From: Antedon mediterranea
Lineage: Eukaryota > Animalia > Echinodermata
Reading direction: 5' to 3'
Length of the DNA stretch: 64,000 nucleotides
Assembly: GCF_964355755.1 (NCBI RefSeq)
Contig: NC_092672.1
Span: forward strand, 11,718,001-11,782,000
Shown: piece by piece, positions 37,343-52,180 of the stretch
Layout of the letters: each line of letters opens with the position of its first letter
Numbering within the stretch: the first letter of the stretch is position 1
The notes under the pieces: model-generated
Told to the model about the DNA's origin: nothing
The model's database searches: none
What the model saw: the letters and a program-made list of their open reading frames with translations, nothing else
Program-made: the position numbers and the translations under genes

Positions 37343-39035
37343 GCACACGAGACTTCTTCCGGTTGAATTTGTGTTTTTTGGGGTTAAAAAAGCACACACC
37401 TCCACAATTATTTGGGTAGAAAAAAAATAAAAAAATTAAAGAAAAGACAACAAAAACTGGTAAATTCAACCAAATAAAACCCATCTGCTGGCGACCAATT
37501 TGACTATTTTTCTCTGAATTACAGAATTTTCACGTTGAAATAATTGTTTTCCAGTTCAATATTATTTTATTCAATGATATATATTTAACAAAAATTATAG
37601 TTTCAGTGGGACATATACTTTATTGTAAGCACAATGTTATGCAAATGGCTTTTATCTGTAAAAGGCAAACATAGTTTTACGATAGCCCACATCAAACTTC
37701 CATTACGTTCTAGAAATGTTATTGCTTTCGCTAAAAATGTATTGTTTTAGTTTTATGATCAGCAATGAAAGTACATGAAATAATTGAACACATGTTATTA
37801 CAATTCGTGTACATTTAGTTTATAGGTCTACATGATATCTTTATAAAATTACTGACGCATAACCTTAATATTAGCCATGTGCAGTATTACTCGACTCCAA
37901 TGCGATAGTATTCTTTATTTTAAAATATATTCATTTTTTTAAATTTTGTAAAATAAAAAAAAACAAACAAATGTTATATAACATTTGGACTGAATCACCA
38001 GAATTTTGAATACAAAATATATGTGTGCGTGGGTGTTGTAGGTATAATACGAATACTTGAGACTATCAGTGTACGTCTTATAATGCATTTAATGCAGGTC
38101 ATTAAGTATAAAAGCACAGTTAATGAGTAAACAATATACATTGGTTTTGTAAATAGATGATTTCGCCAAAAAAAAAAATGTTAAGAAGTACTTTAAAAAA
38201 TACCTTGTATTGATATTTAGTAACATATAGAAAAGCATGCGAACTAATGTTTAAACAAAAATGCTAAATGAAATATAAATGATTGGGATTTAACTAAAAT
38301 AATGTCCAGTAATGGTATGATAAATAGGTTACAATTATAGAGAGAAAAAAACAAAAGATAATGAAAAAAAGGTAGAAAATGTTTAGAAATAATGTAATCA
38401 TTATTATTCATGAAACATTGAAGTAACAAATGTGGTGGTGAAAAAGATAAAAAAGGAATAAAAATAAGTAATACATTGAAGTTCTCTATACATAAAACTT
38501 AGCAGGTGATTCATTAAAAAAATGCTATGCAGTTTATTTTCTGTATTAAAGAGCGTGTGTTTTGTTAAAATTAAAATATTTCTCTATCATTTGTAACAAC
38601 ATTATCTTAAATAAGTTTGTTCCTTTCTTCTACGTTATATAAAATGATGCAGTCTACCTCAATAAATGTAATATTAACGATGTCACCATTATATCTATCC
38701 AGAAAGAGTCAGTCCAATAAAACCACATGTACGGCTTTATTATTCAGATACTTTTTATGACAACGATATTACATCGATATGATTTATTATTACCCTTTAT
38801 TTACTTTTTTTTATAAGACAAACAATTTGAATACAATGGCATTAAAATTTAATGTGGTGTGACAAGTATGTATATATATAGTTTTGTTTTTTTTTCAATT
38901 TATATGACAAAACTTCAAATAAAGTAGGATAGTAAGAACGAGTTTTTAAATAAACTGATCGCCCTCTTACGTCTGTTGTTAATTCCAATGTCTCCGTTTT
39001 ATCGACACAACTGTTCATTGTAGTAAGCAATGCAA

Positions 39036-39470
39036 AATGGTTAGGACAACTGCATATCAAGCAGACGGTCCGAGTTCGAGTCTCGGTTGGGCGACTTTTT
39101 CTCATTCTCACAGATTTCCTCATCTTTATCGTTTCAAATTAATTAATTAAATTTCAGTATATCACCGGGCGGGTTCAGAATTAATGTTCTTTGCCTGATG
39201 TGTTTATATATATATAAGTATCTCTTTGAAGATACCGCTTCGTGAATAAAAATACTGAATAGATGAGGGCGTATCAATTTGATCTGTGGTGCGCGTGCGT
39301 ACAATTGAGGACTAGTGCTGTTCCGCCGTACCAATCGAGTTTGAACAATACCATGAAAGCTCCAGTGGTCTAATGGTTAGGACAACTGCATATCAAGCAG
39401 ACGGTCCGAGTTCGAGTCTCGGTTAGGGCAGTTTAGAATTAATGTTTTTTGCCTGATGTGTGTATATAAA
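39036..39470 (+). mobile_element. Head-to-tail dimer of tRNA-containing repeat family A
   Basis: atggttaggacaactgcatatcaagcagacggtccgagttcgagtctcggtt occurs twice; each unit ends agaattaatgtt.tttgcctgatgtgt followed by a TA run. Confidence 0.85.
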
Positions 39471-39949
39471 TAATTATACAGCATTATTAACTTTGTTTCG
39501 CCTTCACAAAAAACCCGAATCTAAAAATAATAAGGGTTTCGCATCTCAAACAGTTCTCATACAAGGCCTACAGAACTGACTGCCTGTTCTGGTCTTTCTT
39601 TCCTCGAGCTGTGAGAGAGTGGAATTAGGAATATGAAAACCATCACAACAAAATAGATGATCCATTTCCTAGGCAGAGCTTTAGATAGTACATCTAAATT
39701 CGGGCAAGATAAACCCGCCAACTCGACTAACTCGAAATGTGAAAACGAATACTTAATACAATTAGAATTAATAAAAAATAAAAAATAATAACATGACAAA
39801 AATAAACATAATAGAAATAAATACATTAAAACCATCAAAACTAAACCCCAAAGCCAGCTTTGAAGATTTTAACCACAATGATTATAGTTTCGTCATAAAC
39901 AACATGATGAAGATTGTGGAAGCTCGTAGCGATGAAGATAAAGAGAGGG

Positions 39950-40290
39950 CGATTACCACCACATATTCAGGGAGAGAATTAAATAAATTATTGATTCTTT
40001 GAGAGAAAAAGTGTGTTAATCTTCTGAGGGATTAAAGTATTTGCTTTTTAAACAATCTAAGTGCATGTCTTCTAGTTCTGATAAAATTCAATTTTGTAAA
40101 AAAACAGATACTGTTTTACAACTTCAAATTTATTTAAAACTTAAAAAACTTCAGTAAGGTCTATTTTGTTCAAATGTTAATAAGTTTACAAAAATTAGTC
40201 ATTGGTCGGTCTTCGTTGTACTTTTAACAAGAATGTAGACATTTATTTTTAGCATTGGGTTCCATTTTAAACACTTAATTTAAACCATAC
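39950..40290 (-). mobile_element. CR1 LINE ORF2 C-terminal fragment
   Basis: Minus strand with frameshifts: WNPMLKINVYILV..KVQRRPT....RTRRHALRLFKKQ..THFFSQRINNLFNSLPEYVV; the 3'UTR may extend to ~39545. Confidence 0.8.
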
Positions 40291-40384
40291 AAATATAGCA
40301 CTATAGTACAAACATTTATAAACCACCTCAGTAAAATCCTTATGTATATCTGTAAACAATTTATGTGCATTAGTGTTAACTTAA

Positions 40385-40671
40385 AGACCCATTCCATACA
40401 ATTTGTGACGTTTTGTAAAAATAATTCATATACATTACTTTAAAAACATCAAACCAAACGCTGAAAAGTTAGGAGTCTTTAATTTGGCCTCAAGATCGAT
40501 CTAAAAGCGGAAAAACGAAAATATCCATTCGCGTGCAATGCATGTTGATATTTATAGCGGGCCGCTTAAATCATTAGAATCGATTTATGAAAATAGTTAT
40601 CTTAATAGGACCATATAGTATTTATTTTTACAATAAATTAATTTTTATTAAAAATGGTGGGGAATGGGACT
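40385..40671. mobile_element. Kolobok-like MITE with TTAA TSD
   Basis: TTAA|AGACCCATTCC ... GGAATGGGACT|TTAA. Confidence 0.75.
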
Positions 40672-41472
40672 TTAAGCTTATTTTTTACCTACCAGAGTGG
40701 AGTCAACCCTGGTCACAAAGCCAAACCAAGGAAGAGCAGGCCTAAATAATGTTGTCGTACCTGGCCAAACGATGGTATACTGTATCCCCCACACACTGGG
40801 CCTAGCTCAGAACCATGACTTCCTGTGTTTTCTTTCCATCTCTAAATATACAGTAAGTTTATTTTTATTATAGTTAATTCATAAATATTTAAAATAACGT
40901 TTTTTAAATGATAAATGTCCCATTGCATTCATATATAGGATTCCGGTCTTTGAATAAGGACATAGGTTAACGCATTAGTGTATTGATAATGCTGTCTTTA
41001 AAACTATTAGGAATTATTCACTTTACAATGTAAACATTGAGAAGACCCCGTGTATAAACGTAAGAGCATTATCGTCTACAACGGTGGTCTAACTCAATAC
41101 AATCGTAGACGTATGTTCGCCATTTGCCATTATAATTTAATTTGCTTTCGAAGAACAATTGTAAATTAACAACGTTCAATAACAAAACCAGATCCTGAAG
41201 GCATTGCAAAATAATAATACAATTTACATAGAATTAATCTATACATTAAACACAGTATTGTCTGTGTAAATCCAATTAGTGTACCTAGCATGTAGGCCTC
41301 CTATATAAGAACAATTATTGTGTCGCAGTTGCACAGTTTTTAGTGTCTTATATGTATATTATTATATTACTTTAAAAATCATTTAAACTGGTCATTCCTT
41401 GTCTAGTGTACGTTCTATGGTTAGTAATGGTAATAAGAGAAAAGCAATGTACATGCGTAGATGCAGATCTAA

Positions 41473-41548
41473 AGCTCTGTCTACACTATTATGGGACACA
41501 TCAGATCACATTTTTTATCACATAAAGTTTGATAATGTAGTCAGAGCT
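41473..41548. mobile_element. Internally deleted copy of the 27226 MITE
   Basis: agctctgtctacactat..cacataaagtttgataatgtagtcagagct. Confidence 0.85.
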
Positions 41549-41714
41549 TTTAAGCTCAAAAAAACATTTGACGCGAACTGCAACTTAAAAGTTGTAGTTC
41601 GCTTAGCTTTGTAGGCCTTACTCCTTGACTACTAGCTAAAAGCTGTAATGTACAGACATCTGCCTTCAGCGTTTTATCGTTGCTCATTTAAGTATCTCTC
41701 TTTTTTGGGCAGAG

Positions 41715-41799
41715 TTTAGTCGCGTGCAACGCGACTCTACAGCTCACTATGTTGGTCGGTTGGTCGGATGGTCGATTGGTAAACACTAACTCAAATTTG
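41715..41799 (-). mobile_element. HINE-like element, partial copy
   Basis: Perfect hairpin agtcgcgt-gca-acgcgact, cggt repeats, aaacactaactcaaatttg; reverse complement of the 29882 element. Confidence 0.8.
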
Positions 41800-44287
41800 A
41801 GCTGTTTCTGGAATTGTCGCTAAAATGTAATCGCTTACAGATGACAATTAGCGCAATATGCCGAAGTTGTGTTTATTGTTACATACAGTTTATAATCTTT
41901 AATTAGATCACAAAAACAAAATATATGTATATTTTATTATTATTTTACTCATTCATACATAAACGTACACTTCTACAGTCTATTCGATGATCTTAGGTGA
42001 ACATAATTGGATCAAGCTGTTAAATTGAAATTTAATGTGCGAACCGAAATTGGTTACTGCTATGCATTTTGCGTAAAATGTTGCACTTAAATATTGCCTT
42101 TTATACACTAATCAATCAATGGTCGGTGCCTCTATTACCGCCAAACACCATTGTCTGACGCTATAGAAGTAATTACGAATAGCATACAAGGAGTTCAAAT
42201 AGTGCGTTTAGAATCAAAAAACACACTTACTGCTCAGTTGACAAATCGAACGGTAAAAAGGGTTGTTGTTGCTTTAACATTACAATTGTTTTTTTCATAA
42301 ATAGAAAAATAAATTATTTTTAAATTGATTGTCGATTTCTTTATTTTGCACATTATCTAGGCATGTGTATATATACATATGGTGTACTAGCTCTCCAGAA
42401 TAGGTTACTTCACGGTAAGCCGCACGCCTAATAACAATAACAAGTTATAACACAGTCCTCTGACGTTGTTTTAATTCATTATAAAATTCTATTAGTAATA
42501 ATCGACGTATATCTATTATAAAAGCGAACTAAAATGCAATTAACTCTAACCATATCGTTGTTTATATGTTTAGCAAATATTAATATTAATAGTAAACAAA
42601 TAGATTTATGAGATACTCTTTATCAGATTTATGAGATACTCGTTATCATCACCATTGATTATCAATCTGTTTTTTGAAAAACAATTGTAATTTGCTATAA
42701 ATGAAATAATATAGTAGAACAAAATTAGAGAAGCAAACTGAGTACATGTAGCGACTTCTCACGTTTACCAAAGGTAATGTCCACATGGATAGGCAGACAA
42801 ATCTCTATGAATGGATTATAATAATCGTTAAAGATTCAAGGTATTACATTTTACATTTGTAACAATTCTGTTAGCGTGTTTTGTACATGCAATGTATCAC
42901 CTTATCAGTATTTCTAATCGCCATAAATGTGTGTCGTTTGACATGCAAACGGTATTTTTCATTGTTCTGCACGTTCTTAATAACGCTGAACGGGACAGTC
43001 GAGGATAACGTTATGAGGTTATTGCGCCGTGGAGAATTCAGTTCAAGAAAACTAAAACACCATAAGCTATTCGCATGATAGCCGTGAGCTCAGTGAAGCG
43101 CGCCATGCAATTTAATATTGTTGTAGTATTGCATATATATACACCTGCTCAGTGGCCAAACTATTTCCACAAATTGTTATTAACGCTAGAATACTTGTTT
43201 AACTTTTTTAAGTATTTATTACGGCATATTGTATGTCTTAAAATGTATTTCTTGAATGTTTCTATTATTAACAAAAACGATTTTAACGTTATTATTAATT
43301 ATTATTAAACCGTTTTAATATATCATCAGACTGATCCACACACACACCCCGTAGACCTTTGTTCAGAATATTTTTACAGTTACTATACATTATTAGGTTT
43401 TTTATAACCATTTACAGTCGGCCTGGGATTTTGTCTCGCTCAACAACAAGATCCTGCTTCTACAATTTCCATATTTATCGATCAAACAATATTTACTTTC
43501 TACATAATTAACCTATTATTGTTCTATGTTGTGCAATTCCTTTGACCTGGGTCAGGCAGTGTTCACTCTTAAAAGTAGAAATAGTAAACAATTAATGTAT
43601 ATTCCGTTCTTGAATTAATATTTTATTGATTACTGTGTGACATAATGGCACAATACTTAATATCGATCGGAACAAGTAATGGAAAAGGCATCTCATTAAT
43701 AATACAAGTGGTACCTGTATCATGTAAGGTTTTTACTAAATGTGAAACGCGTGTGATGTTGCATTACCAAATATTCTTCGGAAATATATACAGTACCGAG
43801 AATCGGCTGGTTATTTTACCGTACTAGAATCGGCTGACAGTTCAACGATACACTATACTCTGTTTCATTGGCCAGACCAGTTATAGACTATTAATGTCAG
43901 CGTTTTCAAGACAAATAAAACAATTTAAAATGAGAGCACTTGGCTAATGTATGTGTTTGACCTTAAATAAAGGTCACTCTACATTCAAAACTACACATTA
44001 GGTAAATACTTGTTAAGCATCACCTCCCTTCTTTGCTTTTCAAGCCACCTCTGTTTTATAATTTTTGTTATATTTTAAAAAAAATGCCAAAACAACTATC
44101 TAACAAATCCATTAGGCTTAATATCGTAACTTTCGATTGTCGCAAGCGTACAGGAACAATGTTGTTATAGCATTAAATGGTTTTTGAAAAGATTATGATT
44201 CAGAGGTTCAAGTTGTTTTGTAATAATAAATATTATTTACATTGTCGGTAGTCCTGTCATGTCCATTTAAACGGTTAATGCGCATTT

Positions 44288-44521
44288 GAGAGAGTGGCCA
44301 AGCGGTTAAGTGTGGAAACGTAATACTTAGCCATCCTTACATCTGTAAGGGTTCGAGCCTCACTCGCTTCATGGTTCTGGTGGTAGAACGAGTCTTCTCG
44401 GATAAGGAGAATAAACCGTAGGTCCAGTGTACACACATAATCTAGCTCATGTGCACTTTTAAAAAAACCTAGTACGAAAAGGGGATTGTCAGCATCTGTT
44501 TAGGGTCACCTTTTATAAATA
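44288..44521 (+). mobile_element. Nin/Deu-type SINE copy
   Basis: gagtggccaagcggttaag..ggttcgagcctcactc..catggttctggtggtagaac..ttctcggataagga..aaaccgtaggtccagtgtacac matches 23821-24129. Confidence 0.85.
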
Positions 44522-44865
44522 CGGTTGAATACAAAAACATAAACATACGCATTAAATGAGAGGAAATAAATCATTTATAAACATTAATTACAAAAAAAAA
44601 ATGAAATACACTGAATACTTAATATGTTTCAGTTTGATTATAAATATCAGTAAAAAAAAGAAAGAAAAGGTCAGAAAATAAAAGCATGCAGGTATGTAAC
44701 GCAACAAAACTTCCACTTAGAAAGAGTTCCCCTGTTTGTCATGAGGTATCCTTTCTCTTGTTTGTTTTTACGGGAAGTATCCCCGTGGTGTTCCGAAGGA
44801 GGCGTCCTACTTCAAACCAGCAACGCATATTCAACTGAGCCGCTGTTTAGGCCTCGGTGTAAACA

Positions 44866-44944
44866 AACAAGTTAATGTTTACCGACCAACCGACCAACCG
44901 ACCGACATAGTGAGCTGTAGAGTCTCATTGCACGCGACTAAAAA
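44866..44944 (+). mobile_element. HINE-like element, short copy
   Basis: tgtttaccgaccaaccgacc..gacatagtgagctgtagagtc..tgcacgcgactaaaaa. Confidence 0.8.
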
Positions 44945-46617
44945 CAACCCGTATTTCAACAACATTGAGAAATTATGTGGTTATTTTAGTGTCAAGAAAA
45001 ACGAACAATGACGTAAACTTCTACCATCATTTATACGATGGCCAATTATATACTCGCTAGTTCAGCAAGTATTATGCGGTTGTCTGCTGTTATTTTAGAA
45101 TGGGCCATTTTATACTCCCACAGGAGAGTGCTTTATGTCGTAAAGAAACAGATAGTGGGTAGGCTTACCCGCAAACTAAGCCTCGTATCTATTCGCATCA
45201 TAATGAATACACTATTAGTTATAATCAAATTAGACGTTCAGAGTAATTTCAGAACCATTTTCAAGAGACAATGCGCAATAAATGGACTAATGGTCATTCA
45301 ATAATTTGATAATATAATTCATATAATTATCCTGAATGAGATGTAACACAGTCTTTTTCTTCAGTGGCCATGGAAACGACGACTTTATAATTCATTCAAA
45401 GAACAAATATCATCGGTTTTGCTGAAAATCGACTGTTACTTAAATCAACATCCAGTAGTACGCGCTTCAATAGAAATTTTTTTTGTAACATCTGCCACTT
45501 TTCTGAAGTAAAAGTAAAACACTGCATTGGGCAGCGATTGGCTAAGAACTCATTAAAACGTACAGATACAATATTCGATTTTACATGACGCATTAAAGTA
45601 CTGCTTGACTGACAAGCTCCACTCAAGTCGCTGTTCACTGTACACAAATTCAAGGAAAGAAGAAAATCGAATTATTATATTTGTAAAGCTATTAATTTGT
45701 TGACAATAGTCTGTTAGCGCCAGGCGACATTAGAGTGTTCTCAATTCAATTGCACGTTTTGTATCATGGATACGTTCATTATTGACAACCACGTCTAGCG
45801 CTCAATGTGAGCTTGTTATCGGTTCGTAAGAAGCCTGTAAAATAATAATAATACTGGAAAAAAAAAATAAACGTAAGGTAAGTTAACATATAGTTATAAC
45901 TTTTTTTCTATAATAGTAATATAAACTTTGAGCATATTTAATTATTATTTTAAGGCAAACTTAATAGCAAATCTATTAGGTTTAAGTCCTAGCCTAAATG
46001 CAACACATTTATACAGGTATTACCCAGGATAATACTATGTCGTCAACTATATAAGTTCTGTTTCGTTATAGTCTGAAACTATTTCAGGTTGACTGTTCGT
46101 TTAAGTTATACAGATGTAATTATACGTGACGTCTTTCACTAGGCCTCTGTATATTATACCAAGTGCGGTTCCGAAAGATAGTACATTGAGTGAGTAAAAA
46201 AACATGCGTTTTCATTATCGCATCAGGGACTTTCAGGATATGTCGATCGTGTTTGTTTTTATTTTATGAACACAAGAATAATTACTATACACTATCTCAA
46301 TGCGTATGCGAGTTTGCGAGTTTGGTGTAAAGGTTATGTAACCTTTCAACTAACATTAGTTTCAGTTGACTAACAATAGGCCTAAAACAGGAACGCAAAA
46401 AACAAACGGGTGAATTTGAAAAAGAATTAAGTTTTTTAAAACTACTCGTACAATAAATCAAATTATGTAAAATTACAATTCACAAATTATAGCTCTTGCC
46501 TCTTTTACAAAAATGAAATCTTTTGCACAAGTAATTTCAGAAATTTCAGTTTACTTGTTACATTAAGACTGCTCTTAAGTGTAAAATTCTGTCCCATATT
46601 TTAACACTAGCAGGTCT

Positions 46618-46845
46618 GTAAAAAATACTAAAAAGTGGTCCAGAATTGGGACCGTGGTCCTAATTGACTCCAACATTTAATTGAGTAGTCCTTGACCACA
46701 TATCTATCTGTATTTTCATTTTGGTAAAGCTCTATAAGCAATAACTTTTTGAGTAATCCTGCTAACAAATAAACAGACAGATAGGCCTACACGCGATCGA
46801 TTACATTATACAGGTCCATGAATACACCTCCTTGGCGGAAGTAAA
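46618..46845 (+). mobile_element. HINE-like repeat related to 617-1048
   Basis: aaaaagtggtccagaattgggac..gaccacatatcta..ttttgagtaatc..ctaac; ends in hairpin acctcc-ttggc-ggaagt. Confidence 0.65.
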
Positions 46846-47072
46846 CAAGAAGAGAGTAAGAGGATAAAATTAGTTCTGAGATGCGAGAGCGTGGTTTGGA
46901 AGAACATATATGTTACCAACTTCCACGTGTTAACTGATCATCTTGTAAATATTTATTTTTAGAGCTTGGTCCGACAATATTAATTAAAAAAATACGCAAT
47001 TCACCATTATTGACGATTTAGTCTTAAAACACACATTTTGTCCAAAAATAATATGTATTAGATAATCGGTTC

Positions 47073-47120
47073 TTGTAAATCGCTTTGATCTCTGTAAAAG
47101 TGCTATAGAAATAAAAATAT
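47073..47120 (+). mobile_element. L2-type 3' terminus remnant
   Basis: tgtaaatcgctttgatctctgtaaaagtgctatagaaataaa resembles the L2 terminal GTAAAGCGCTTTGA..AAAGCGCTATATAAAT motif. Confidence 0.45.
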
Positions 47121-49027
47121 AATGGTATTAGTGGAAAAGGGTTACATATTATACACAAACAGGTTATTTACAGGCAGTCGATTATGTCTCGTTTTAACAC
47201 ATACTATAATATGATTGTTAATGTTCATTTGGTTTGTATAATGGTACAAATTACGAAAATAGATGGTAAATACATTCTTAATATTATAATATTGTAAATT
47301 ATGTGTTGTACTGTATGTTGTAGTCACCAAAGAAGAGTAAACATTGTCCATTATTGACACTATCTTTATGATTCTTCTTCTAAGATTAGAATGTTTCAGT
47401 AATTACTTATAGTCTAGAATACTTTCGAGAGCAATTACACAACACAATTACGGAAAACTGAAATTATAAAAAAAAATTGTAGAGTACAAAATATTGTAAC
47501 AGTATACTTCTAATAATAACAGTAAAATGTTACATTGCTGAAAACTATAAACATTGTTAAGCGGTGATACTAACGAAGATTTTCTTTCTCCAGTTTAATT
47601 GGTGTCTTACAAGTGTGCAATATCTGTAAATTGTTGATTTTTTTGTAATTAATTTTAAATTACCGTAGTAAAAGTTGAAATTTATGACTGTTTGGTGAGT
47701 GTTTTATGTCGTGTCGTTTGTGGTTGCTTATTGCGCGAAGAAAGCAACAAACAATAATGTCAGAGCGAATTGCTATCATAAATATGCATATTTTAATTAA
47801 AAATAGTAATTATGGCATCATTAATTATGTATTATTAATTAATTAACTTTCTTACTACAGTACATACGCGTCATTTGCTGTGTTGTAGCGCAAGTTGACT
47901 GACTACTCCACAATCTATAACGCGTCCCCAGTGGCTAAGTTGTCTTGCTAAAATCAGCAGTCTTCAGGCTGGGAATTAAACGTTACAGGAATTATCTTTT
48001 CCCTTGGGGCGTAGGATAACTATATCAATACAACATAAAGATCAGTGTAACGTAAATATGATATCTTTATGGATTAATACTTCCATCTTTTGTAAATTTA
48101 ATCCTTTACGAATACACCTGTTTCGAAATTAACCTATTTTTGATGGAAAATAAAATCGAATGACGCAAGGATCTGTTTTTGTTTTAAATCTGTTAAATAT
48201 TGTAAACATATAATATTAGTCCTATATGTAGGCCTACTGTATATTAAAAACAAACATCGTAATATTAAAAGATCAGAAATGAAATTAATATAAATAATGA
48301 ATCTAAATAACGCGTATTAACATTGTAATGTCTTTATAATATTTTAAAAATGAAAAAGAAAGCAAAGTTAACGAATTAAAAAAAAAATTCCTGGTAATAG
48401 CTTCATCCCTATATCATGCATCGTCTACAACATTTTATTTAAAAATACAGTCTAATCCAACAGCGACAAAATTCGTCCTTGACATTATTATATTGATACA
48501 ATAAAATATATAAATATTTTAAAACTATATAAAAAAACACATTACCAAGGATCAAGTGAACAGCAGAATCATTGGTGTTATAGGTTGATTTAAGTTTTTT
48601 TTTCTCCTGCATTAAGTAATCATAGTTTATATTCATTATACTGTATATACATTGTCATGAAATAATGTAAAACATTAATTATTTTTAATTACACCACAAC
48701 AAAGGCGGTCATGAATAAAGGTGCAACATACACAAAGTTGACATGAAATTAAAAGTGTAACATAAGTATCTACACAGGCTTGCTTTGTATATGTTCTTAT
48801 CTTGAATTTTAATTAATGTTTACATATGAAAGCGAAATTATGTTTATTTAACAATCAAGCCGTAATATATTAAGTTTCTTCTTAGTAAACTGCATATTAT
48901 ACAGAAGTGTAAATACGTATTAAAAAAAGAATGTGTGAAATCAACACACGGATAATGATAAGCACATTAATATAATATGTTTAGGCCTCAACTACACACT
49001 ATCACACAAGAAAGATTGATTGTATAG

Positions 49028-49172
49028 ATCCATCCATCCGTCCACCTATCGATTCATCAGTCCATCCGTCCGTCCACCTGTCCGTCTATCTATCAGTCCG
49101 TTCGTCCACCAATCCATTCACCCATCCATCCATTCATCCATTTGATCCCCGTCCATCCATCCATTCATTCAT
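49028..49172. repeat. Degenerate (CCAT/CCGT/TCAT)n tetranucleotide repeat
   Basis: atccatccatccgtccacct...ccatccattcattcat. Confidence 0.85.
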
Positions 49173-49224
49173 TTATGCGTATAAGGTCTATGTAAAAGAC
49201 CTGCTTCTTTTGCACGATCATTTA

Positions 49225-49310
49225 GTGTACACTGCACTTGATTTATAGTTCTTATCAGAGAAGACTCGTTCTACCACTGGAATCATGGAGCAAGTAAGTC
49301 TCGAACCCAT
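49225..49310 (-). mobile_element. Nin/Deu-type SINE fragment
   Basis: gtgtacact..ttatagttcttatcagagaagactcgttctaccactggaatcatggag..ctcgaaccc. Confidence 0.75.
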
Positions 49311-52180
49311 AAGGCATCTTTTACTTCCTTATCATTATGTTGAAAAATATATATTTTGTAATTGTCAATCAATCGTTACGTTTATTCAAAATGAATTGAT
49401 GTTGCAAATGTATTATGACGGTAAAATAGAACTATCACAGTTGTTGAATATTTACTCCAGCATTTCGTCCAAAATTATAAATTCATTGTTCTCCTTGTGA
49501 ACTTCGTGTATTAAAACAGTGTTTAAGAAGACACGCTTTTGCTGCAAATTGTCAAATAATACGATTTTTATGAGATAACGATACATTAGTGAATGTTGTG
49601 CTCTTTCTTTTGCAAACTTACCTGACACTAACACGTGTTAAATATGACGCTCCGTCGTATAGTTTATTTCTCATTTGTGCTGTAACAATTGCGCTGGAGA
49701 GCCATTAATACAGATCTAACGGGCATTAAAACAACATTAACTAATTTTGTATGAATATATCACCCTGTAAGCCGTGTCCAGCGACCTGTATTCTAAACTT
49801 ATCATTTGCAATGTTTGCTTTGTTATTTCAGTTATACCATAGAGATATTAATATATTAATATATTATTACAGTTTGAAGAACAAGTTCATTGAAGGCTAC
49901 AACGTCGGGATTTACGTTAGGTCAGTACAGATCTCCTTTTAAGCCTCGAACGTGTAATATTGGTAATTTAATTATAATCACTTAATTAAATAATTTATAA
50001 CCATGTATTAATTAACAAAACACGTTGATCGTAAAGTCGTAACGCCATAATGTTTTACCGTATTTAAATAATTGCGAAATGAATATACAAAAACATTACC
50101 TATTGATTTTCACGAATCACTTGTACATCCTGTTGATAGTTTATATTGAAATGAATGATGAATCGTTAATCTAAAATATAATGACATTATTAATTTATTA
50201 AAACACTTTACCATTTACAAATTTATATACTAATGTAGATACACTGAATTATAGGATTTATTAATATCTTCAATGTTTATGGCAGCTGATAAAAACATGT
50301 CAGAAAAATTATAATACATACTCATCTATCTGATGTATAATAAATACAGTTAGAAATTTACACAGAATATTATTAATATTTGTGTACTGTTTGAATAGCA
50401 TTCTGTTCTGAATCAAATGTTAAATTTCAACTCATGTGCCATAATAATGTAACTATGTGTGTGTATGGGGAGAGGGGGGGGGGTGGCGACTGTGGTGTGG
50501 GTGTTCCAGAGTGTGTGAAATGTCTACAGAAGTGCTAAGGATGGTTCTATTTTATATGATTTACTTTATATTTTCATGGGGGCAGAGAGATACACAAATC
50601 AACTAAAACAAAGCACAACGATTAAATGCGCAAAAAAAATAATCAACACTTAAATTCATAGATTTTGTACACACAGACAGTAAACTATCTTTCTTTACCT
50701 TATATTCGCTGTAATCAGTAAATATTATCTATATTTGACTCTAAAAAAGATAATTAGTTGAATAAGTGATAAAAAAAAATAGAAATTTCCTTACGATCCT
50801 TTATGTGTATATTTAACGATTACAAATACTGCTTTTATCAATTTTAACGATGTTAATTAGTTTGTGTCAATTTGACCGGCCGAATGAATTTATGATTAAC
50901 GTCAATAGGCCTACAGTGTTTATATTACTAAAAACATAAATTGTTTAAAATACTATTGTTGAGACTGGTGTAAATAATTTATAAAAAAAAATCAATCAGG
51001 GCCATTTGAAATCGTCCTTGCAATTAATATCACTATCGCTATTATATTACTGAAACTTGAAAGGTATCATACGATGATAGACATGGTGCACATAATTATG
51101 CGGATGCGAAATCTAGATGTTTTGTATGTTGAAACCCCTCTAAACACTACTATAACAAGTGTTTACCAATCATCACATTATTAATTTCCTTTTATTTTGT
51201 TTTACAATATGTTTTTTTTTAAACTAGCAGTAATATTAGCTGGTGATAAACAGTAGTGACTGATGGTCTGATATTTTACATATCTTTGTTTTTGTTCTAT
51301 GAGCTGTTAGATTAAGATTTTTTTTTTCTCTCTTTTGCTATGGATATAATATTATGTCACCATGATATTCCGAAATAAAAAGATAAATGAAAATGAAATG
51401 ATGGGTAAAATCGTTTGTTTGCACATTAATATTAATATAAATATGCCATTGGGTAGCACTACGCCACAACAGGGGTGAGTGAAATTGAAATTGAATTTTT
51501 CTCTGCCCAATTATGGCATGTTTCCTTTGAAAATTATAACGGAATGGGTTGTGTATTTTGTACGTTAGCGTTATTCATGCTGTATGCTTGTGAGTGTTTT
51601 TCCTTGTCTTGTCACTTGCTAACGATGTTCTGTTGTAGAGTTATTGTCATTTAATTATTGATACTTGATCATAAAATGTCACCTCATAGTTATATTGTGA
51701 CTCAAATTATTTCCGTCTGAAACTACGTTTATCTGATAGGAAACAATAATGTCATACGTATCATCTCCTTTAAGTTTAATGTAAATACGGATAAAGGTAT
51801 TTGAGAATTCTTCGTTTGTAAGATTAAGTGCTAGGAACTAATAATGTAAAAGTAGTGATGGTATCGGGCTGGTGATAGACCATAGCAAAACTAATAATTA
51901 TAGAGAAGTGCGTTAATATGACATGCAATGATACTTCCACTTCAAAAAGGTACTTAAAACCATTATCATTATTTCTAGTGAGTAAACCAGATTTTGGATA
52001 TTGTAATTGCTACTGATATTATTTTAAATGTTGTGTTTGTGGAATCACGTGTAAAAAATCATGTATCAAGATCCGTTTGGCAACGTCAATAATGTCCGGT
52101 CAGCGCAGAAGCCTACCATGAAAAGTAGGTAACCACGATACTTAAAATTTAATTGAGTAATAATATATTATATAATTCGT

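Noticed and set aside
39358-39430. Genuine tRNA-Asp(ATC) gene
   Set aside because: Imperfect acceptor stem, A at the first loop position, and multiple truncated dispersed copies with shared flanks indicate a repeat
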